DNA from: an uncultured Candidatus Entotheonella sp.
GTDB lineage: Bacteria; Tectomicrobia; Entotheonellia; Entotheonellales; Entotheonellaceae
DNA: 64,000 bases
Direction: 5' to 3'
NCBI GenBank assembly: GCA_965217185.1
Contig: OZ244252.1
Span: forward strand, 2,272,001-2,336,000
Under the pieces are notes generated by a model. It searched no databases and was not told where the DNA came from. It saw only the letters and a list, made by a program, of their open reading frames with translations. Shown here one piece after another: positions 58,761 to 64,000 of this stretch. Within the stretch, counting starts at the first letter, position 1. Each line of letters opens with the position of its first letter. The position numbers and the translations under genes are program-made.

Positions 58761-60025
58761 GGCGAGGGGTCCAGATCGAAGAGATCGCGGATGAGTTGTG
58801 CCTCGTCCTGCGCCTGTCCGGCGCTCGCGCAGCGCTTCAGATGGACCGTCGGGGCGTGCAGGAATTTGTTGGTAATGGCCACCGTCAGGGCCTCGATCAC
58901 ACGGCGCTGCCGCTCGTCATGCGGTCCCAGTTTGGTGAGGGCTTTATCCAGTTCGCGCAGGCGTGTGGCTTCGGCCTGTTGCCGTAACGCCACGATGGTC
59001 GGCACCACGTCGCGGGTGGCGAGCCATTGCCGGAAGTGACGCACTTCCCGCCAGACCAGGTCCTCGGCGGCCAGCGCTTCCTGCTGGCGTTCGCGACGGT
59101 TCGCCGCCACGACGTTTTCCAGGCCATCGATGTCATAAAGAAAAACGTTTTCCAGCGCGTTGACCGCCGGGTCGATGTCGCGCGGCACGGCAATGTCGAT
59201 GAAAAACATGGCGCGCCCGCGCCGCGTTCGCATGGCTTCGTGCACCATGCCGGGCGTGATGACGAGGTTCGGGGCGCTGGTCGAGCTGACGACGATATCG
59301 GTCTGCGCCAAGTGTTCGGGGAAGTCGTCCCAGGGGATGGCCTTGGCGGAAAGGCTCTGCGCCAGTTTTTCGGCACGCGCCATCGTGCGGTTGGCCACGA
59401 AAACCTCTCCCACCCCCTGCCGGACGAAGTGGCGCGCGGCCAGTTCCGAGGTCTCGCCGGCGCCGAGGACCATGACGGTATGGCGCCGCAGGTCCTCGAA
59501 GATTTTTCTCGCCAATTGCACCGCGGCGTAGCTGACGGACACGGCGTGGTCGCTGATGCCCGTTTCGCTGCGGGCGGCCTTGGCGACATTGAAGGCGCGT
59601 TCAAAGAGGTGATGGAAGATGGTGCCGGTTCTGCCGGCATCGCGGGCAGCGTAGTAGGCGGACTTCACTTGCCCGAGGATCTGCGGCTCGCCGAGAACCA
59701 TGGAATCCAGGCTGGCGGCGACGCGAAACAAATGGCGCACCGCCTCCAACTCGTTCAGGTAGTAGAGGCAAGGGGCAAAGTCTTCTCGGGCCAGGGCATG
59801 GTAGGCGGCCAGGAAGCTCTCGCACCCTGAGTTGCAAGCCGCAACGTCACGGCCCTGCATGTAAAACTCGACCCGGTTGCAGGTTGACAGGATGACCAAC
59901 TCCTCGACCTCCGGCGCCCGGAACGTCGTCAGGGCATCGGCGAGCGCAGCGTCGGAAAACGCCAGGCGTTCTCGAACGGCCACCGGCGCCGTCGTGTGGT
60001 TGAGTCCAATCAAGGCAATTGCCAC
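58757..60025 (-). CDS. hemA: Glutamyl-tRNA reductase
   Basis: GLNH.TAP, STCNR, SMVLGEPQILGQVK and DIAVPRDI motifs. Confidence 0.97.
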   Translation of the reverse strand: MAIALIGLNHTTAPVAVRERLAFSDAALADALTTFRAPEVEELVILSTCNRVEFYMQGRDVAACNSGCESFLAAYHALAREDFAPCLYYLNELEAVRHLFRVAASLDSMVLGEPQILGQVKSAYYAARDAGRTGTIFHHLFERAFNVAKAARSETGISDHAVSVSYAAVQLARKIFEDLRRHTVMVLGAGETSELAARHFVRQGVGEVFVANRTMARAEKLAQSLSAKAIPWDDFPEHLAQTDIVVSSTSAPNLVITPGMVHEAMRTRRGRAMFFIDIAVPRDIDPAVNALENVFLYDIDGLENVVAANRRERQQEALAAEDLVWREVRHFRQWLATRDVVPTIVALRQQAEATRLRELDKALTKLGPHDERQRRVIEALTVAITNKFLHAPTVHLKRCASAGQAQDEAQLIRDLFDLDPSP

Positions 60026-60054
60026 GCTTTGCGACCCTCCTCAGCCGTCTCTTT

Positions 60055-60843
60055 TCACAAGGCGTGAACGAAATAGGAGACGAGCACCACGACAAATCCC
60101 CCCACCGCGGCAAAAGCGGCTTTCTTGCCCCGCCATCCCAGCGCGAAACGGCCTGCCAGCAGCAGCGCGTATATCAGCCAGGCGAGCAGCAGGGGCAGCG
60201 ACGTGAGGCTCCAGTGCAGATAGGAGCCGTGCAGATACTTGGCCCACACGGAGCCGGTCACAATACCTTGGGTCAGCAGTGGAAAGCCCAAAATCAGTGC
60301 CCGCCCGTTCAAGTCGTCCAGTAGTGATAGCGACGGCAGGCGGTAGTACAGGGCGCCGGGGCGCTTCGACTTCAGTTGGTTTTCCTGCATGAGATACATC
60401 ACCCCGGCGCAAAACATCAGCGTCAGCGCCGCGTAGCCGAGCAGGGCCATAAATATATGAATACCCAACCACAAGTTGCGGAACGCCGCGGGCAAGGTTG
60501 TGGGTATGATTTCGGGCACACCCGACACCGCTGCGGCGAGGAACGCCAACGGGACGATGAAAGCGCCCAGCGCGTCAATGGGATAGCGCCATACGGTGAT
60601 CAGGTAAACGGCGATAATCGCCCAGGACAGTAACCCCAAATAGGCGTAGACATGGTCCCAAGAAAGGAATGTCTGGGTCCACAAGCGGTAGCCCAGCAAA
60701 ACGGTTTGCAGGACGAAGCCCCCCGCCAGCAGCCCGCTGGCGAACTGGTATATCCAGCGCCGACGGAGTCCGAGATGAAACCAGAAGGTGAGCGAAGCCA
60801 ACAGGTATGCGAGGAGGAGGACATGGAAAAGCAAGCTGTTCAT
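60055..60843 (-). CDS. ccsA: Cytochrome c assembly protein CcsA/HemX family
   Basis: Multi-TM protein with H..ALLGY, LPSL..LD, GFPLLT..TG.VWA and GWRGK motifs; precedes hemA. Confidence 0.85.
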   Translation of the reverse strand: MNSLLFHVLLLAYLLASLTFWFHLGLRRRWIYQFASGLLAGGFVLQTVLLGYRLWTQTFLSWDHVYAYLGLLSWAIIAVYLITVWRYPIDALGAFIVPLAFLAAAVSGVPEIIPTTLPAAFRNLWLGIHIFMALLGYAALTLMFCAGVMYLMQENQLKSKRPGALYYRLPSLSLLDDLNGRALILGFPLLTQGIVTGSVWAKYLHGSYLHWSLTSLPLLLAWLIYALLLAGRFALGWRGKKAAFAAVGGFVVVLVSYFVHAL

Positions 60844-61098
60844 TACATGCCACAGACAACGGACGGCGGCTATTTCCAAATCGCCGGCCGTGGTTCGGAA
60901 TGCATCACGTACAAGCCGAGTTAAGTTCTACAATCATGCTTTGCCGCATCGAGCTTTGTCAAGCGAGGCTCATGGCCTTATCGTGAGCGGTGCCTCATGC
61001 ATCCCGTTAAATCGCCGCAGTTTCTCACAAGGGGACCGGGTGGGAGGTGGCGTGTCAGTAAATTCAAGAAATTCAGTATATTACAGGAATTATGAGGC

Positions 61099-61128
61099 TT
61101 GACACTTTTTCAGGAAATATGCTACGGT
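61099..61128 (+). promoter_or_regulatory. Putative promoter of arc-dop
   Basis: TTGACA-N18-TACGGT with TG extended -10. Confidence 0.45.
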
Positions 61129-61200
61129 AGGCGCCCCACATAGAAGGGTGGAAGGATTTGCCTGAGCACTGTTTGAATGGGAGAAGGAGGGCGGGTTCCC

Positions 61201-63027
61201 ATGGAAGACTTCCCGGGCAAGAGAGAAGGAAAGAAATCCATTCGCGACACGGTGCGTACGTTCTCCATTGACACGCTTCGCTCACAAGCCTCCGTTCGGA
61301 GCAAACTCATCCAATACGAGCTGGAGATCAAGGATCTGCGAGAGAAGATTCGGCACGTCCAGCACAATTCCGAGCACGTCGAACGGCATCTGGAGAAGAC
61401 GCTTGGTCATTACGAAGCACTCAAACGCAAATACCATCAGGTCGTTGAGCAGTTGGGGCAGGGCAGGCGGCAGAACGAGAAACTGGTGCACACGCTTCGG
61501 GAGGCGAAGGAGAACATCAGCACCCTGAAGAAAGAGGTGGAGAAGCTGTGCATGCCGCCGAACAGCTACGGCGTGTTCCGGCAGCGCAACAAGGACGGCA
61601 CCATCGACCTGGACCTCGACGGGCGGCACTTGCGTGTCAACATTCATCCCAAGCTGGAATTCTGTGAATTTTCCCCCGGTCAACTCCTCGTTCTGAACGA
61701 ATCCCTGAATGTCATCGAAGTGGGCGAATACGAAAACCGCGGCGAGGTGGTGCGCCTGCTGGACCGGCTCGATGACAGCCGTGTGCTGGTGATTGGCCGT
61801 GCGGACGAAGAGCGGGTGGTCATGCTGGCCGAATACATGCGCGACGTGCATCTGGACGTGGGGGACAATCTGCTTTTGGAGCCGCGCTCCAGTTACGTGC
61901 TGGAAAAGCTGCCCAAGTCCCAGGTTGAGGAGGTCGTCCTCGAAGAGGTGCCGGACGTGTCCTACGACGACATCGGCGGCCTCGACGAGCAGATCGGCGA
62001 GCTGCGCGACGGTATCGAATTGCCGTATTTGTATCCCGATGAGTTTCGTGAGCACCGCCTGCGGCCGCCGAAAGGCGTGCTGTTGTACGGCCCGCCCGGT
62101 TGCGGTAAGACACTGATTGCCAAGGCGGTCGCCAACAGCTTGGCACAGAAGCTGTCGGAGCGCACCGGCGTCGAGGCGCGTAGTTACTTCCTCAACATCA
62201 AAGGCCCGGAACTGCTCAACAAATACGTCGGCGAGACCGAATCCAAAATTCGCGAGGTGTTCAACAAGGCGCGCGAAAAGGCGAACGAAACGACACCCGT
62301 CATCGTGTTCTTTGACGAAATGGACGCTCTGTTCCGGGTGCGCGGCTCGGGTATTTCGTCCGATGTGGAAATCACCGTGGTGGCGCAATTTCTATCCGAA
62401 CTCGACGGTTTGGAATCATTGGAAAACGTCATCATTATCGGCGCCAGCAACCGCCAGGATTTGATTGATCCGGCGGTCTTGCGGCCCGGCAGGCTCGACA
62501 TCAAGATCAAGGTCGACCGCCCCGGCAAGGCCGCCGCCAGAGATATCTTCTCCAAATACCTGGTGCCCGACCTGCCGTTGCACGAAGACTTGATGCGGCA
62601 GTGGAACGGTGACCGGCAAGCGGCGGTGGCGTGGCTGATCGAGCAGGCCTGCGAACACATGTACAGCACCCACGACGAGAACCGCTTCCTGGAAGTGACG
62701 TACGCCAAGGGTGACCGCGAAGTGTTCTACTTCAAGGATTTTGCCAGCGGCGCGATGATTGAAAACATCGTCGCACGGGCCAAGAAGAAGGCTCTCAAAC
62801 GTTACCTGGCGACGCAGAAGAAAGGGCTCAAGCCCGAGGACCTGATCGATGCCGTCAAGGGGGAATTCAAGGAGAACGAGGACCTCCCCAACACGACGAA
62901 CCCCGACGATTGGGCGCGCATCTCGGGCACCAAGGGTGAAAGGATCGTCAACATCCGGACCTTGATCGGCTCGACAGCGCCGCGTGCGCAGCCGGTCGAG
63001 GACATCGCGCCGGGTCAATATCTCTGA
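61201..63027 (+). CDS. arc: Proteasome-associated AAA ATPase ARC/Mpa
   Basis: N-terminal coiled coil, [37 protein letters not shown] and C-terminal GQYL; AGGAGG RBS. Confidence 0.96.
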   Translation: MEDFPGKREGKKSIRDTVRTFSIDTLRSQASVRSKLIQYELEIKDLREKIRHVQHNSEHVERHLEKTLGHYEALKRKYHQVVEQLGQGRRQNEKLVHTLREAKENISTLKKEVEKLCMPPNSYGVFRQRNKDGTIDLDLDGRHLRVNIHPKLEFCEFSPGQLLVLNESLNVIEVGEYENRGEVVRLLDRLDDSRVLVIGRADEERVVMLAEYMRDVHLDVGDNLLLEPRSSYVLEKLPKSQVEEVVLEEVPDVSYDDIGGLDEQIGELRDGIELPYLYPDEFREHRLRPPKGVLLYGPPGCGKTLIAKAVANSLAQKLSERTGVEARSYFLNIKGPELLNKYVGETESKIREVFNKAREKANETTPVIVFFDEMDALFRVRGSGISSDVEITVVAQFLSELDGLESLENVIIIGASNRQDLIDPAVLRPGRLDIKIKVDRPGKAAARDIFSKYLVPDLPLHEDLMRQWNGDRQAAVAWLIEQACEHMYSTHDENRFLEVTYAKGDREVFYFKDFASGAMIENIVARAKKKALKRYLATQKKGLKPEDLIDAVKGEFKENEDLPNTTNPDDWARISGTKGERIVNIRTLIGSTAPRAQPVEDIAPGQYL

Positions 63028-63053
63028 GGCTGAGCGGGCATCGTGGAGGCGGC

Positions 63054-64000
63054 ATGGCATTCCCCAAGATTATCGGTTCGGAAACGGAATTCGGCCTTAC
63101 CGTGCAGAACGACCGGGACTTCGACTCGATCGCCACCTCTTTGTTGCTGGTCAACAGCTACAACGCCGACCCGTCGCTGAGACTGTTGTGGGATTACGAT
63201 CAGGAAGAGCCGTTGGTGGACGCGCGGGGTTACGAACACGACGAGACGTGCGAGGTGCCCGATCAGCAGGACAACATGGCGCTGAACAAAATCCTGAACA
63301 ATGGGGCGCGGTTTTACGTAGATCACGCCCACCCGGAATACTCGACGCCGGAGTGCTCAAACGTCTTGGATCTGTTGCGCTATGAGAAGGCCGGGGAGCG
63401 CATCCTGAACCGCAGTTGCGCCGGCGCGAATCAACTCATCCCGAACGGCCACACGATCATCATTTACAAGAACAATAGCGATCGCAAAGGCAGCAGCTAC
63501 GGTTACCACGAGAACTACCTTCTGGATCGCCGCACGCCGTTCCAACTGCTGGCGGAACACCTGATGCCGTTTCTGGTGACGCGCCAGATATACAGCGGCG
63601 CCGGCAAGGTGGGCTCCGAAAACGGCGCTGATCCGGTGCCCTACCAGATTTCGCAGCGGGCGGATTTCTTCGAGACCGAAATGGGCCTCGACACGATGGT
63701 GAAACGCCCCATTATCAATACCCGCGATGAGCCCCACGCCAACCGCGACCGCTATCGCCGTCTGCACGTGATCATCGGCGATGCCAACATGTCCGAGTAC
63801 ACCACTTACCTGAAAGTGGGCACCATGCTCCTCGTTCTGGAGATGATCGAGGAGGGTTTCCTGCCGGCGCCCCTGGCCCTGCGCAATCCGGTGCGGGCGC
63901 TGCGGGACGTGTCGCACGACCTGACGTGCAAGCTCAGCCTGCCCATGCGCAACGGCACCAAAATGACGGCCATCGACATTCAGCGCTGTTTTTGGGAGGC
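63054..64000 (+). CDS. dop: Pup deamidase/depupylase Dop (partial, runs off the window)
   Basis: Translated by hand: GSETEFG, WDY..E.P..DARG loop, NGARFYVDHAHPEYS, KNN.D.KG.SYG.HENY, SQRADF, NTRDEPHA and RLHVI.GDAN. Confidence 0.9.
   Translation, partial: MAFPKIIGSETEFGLTVQNDRDFDSIATSLLLVNSYNADPSLRLLWDYDQEEPLVDARGYEHDETCEVPDQQDNMALNKILNNGARFYVDHAHPEYSTPECSNVLDLLRYEKAGERILNRSCAGANQLIPNGHTIIIYKNNSDRKGSSYGYHENYLLDRRTPFQLLAEHLMPFLVTRQIYSGAGKVGSENGADPVPYQISQRADFFETEMGLDTMVKRPIINTRDEPHANRDRYRRLHVIIGDANMSEYTTYLKVGTMLLVLEMIEEGFLPAPLALRNPVRALRDVSHDLTCKLSLPMRNGTKMTAIDIQRCFWE

Overview
A 64-kb, GC-rich, gene-dense bacterial chromosome segment from a diderm organism: it encodes BamD, ExbBD and MutL. Gene order resembles Deltaproteobacteria/Nitrospina/Tectomicrobia, but this placement is an inference. 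Most of the window is housekeeping: dnaK-grpE, rqcH, argC, tsaB-ilvBN-psd-pssA, bamD-pgsA-plsY-tRNA(Gly,Cys,Leu), dnaE, guaB, mutL, mnmA, rsmD, ccsA-hemA-hemC..hemB, and the start of a Pup-proteasome locus (arc, dop). It also carries CoA/lipid catabolic genes and an unusual citrate synthase-prpF-aconitase-MetE-like operon. Three accessory insertions encode candidate defence genes. (i) An ABC-type ATPase plus PD-(D/E)XK nuclease pair, whose ATPase is split by a 129-bp IS630-like MITE at a CTAG site. (ii) A lone PD-(D/E)XK gene after grpE. (iii) A 1,485-aa NACHT/STAND-nuclease inside the hem operon, whose last ~30 aa look like the tail of a Doc antitoxin and which is translationally coupled to a frameshifted doc toxin. 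Several traits usually associated with Actinobacteria co-occur: Pup-proteasome genes, a HAIR-like operator at dnaK, an MshA-like glycosyltransferase and a Cys-less SCPx thiolase. No CRISPR array, rRNA, integrase or transposase gene was seen. All family assignments come from motif recognition by eye, not database searches.
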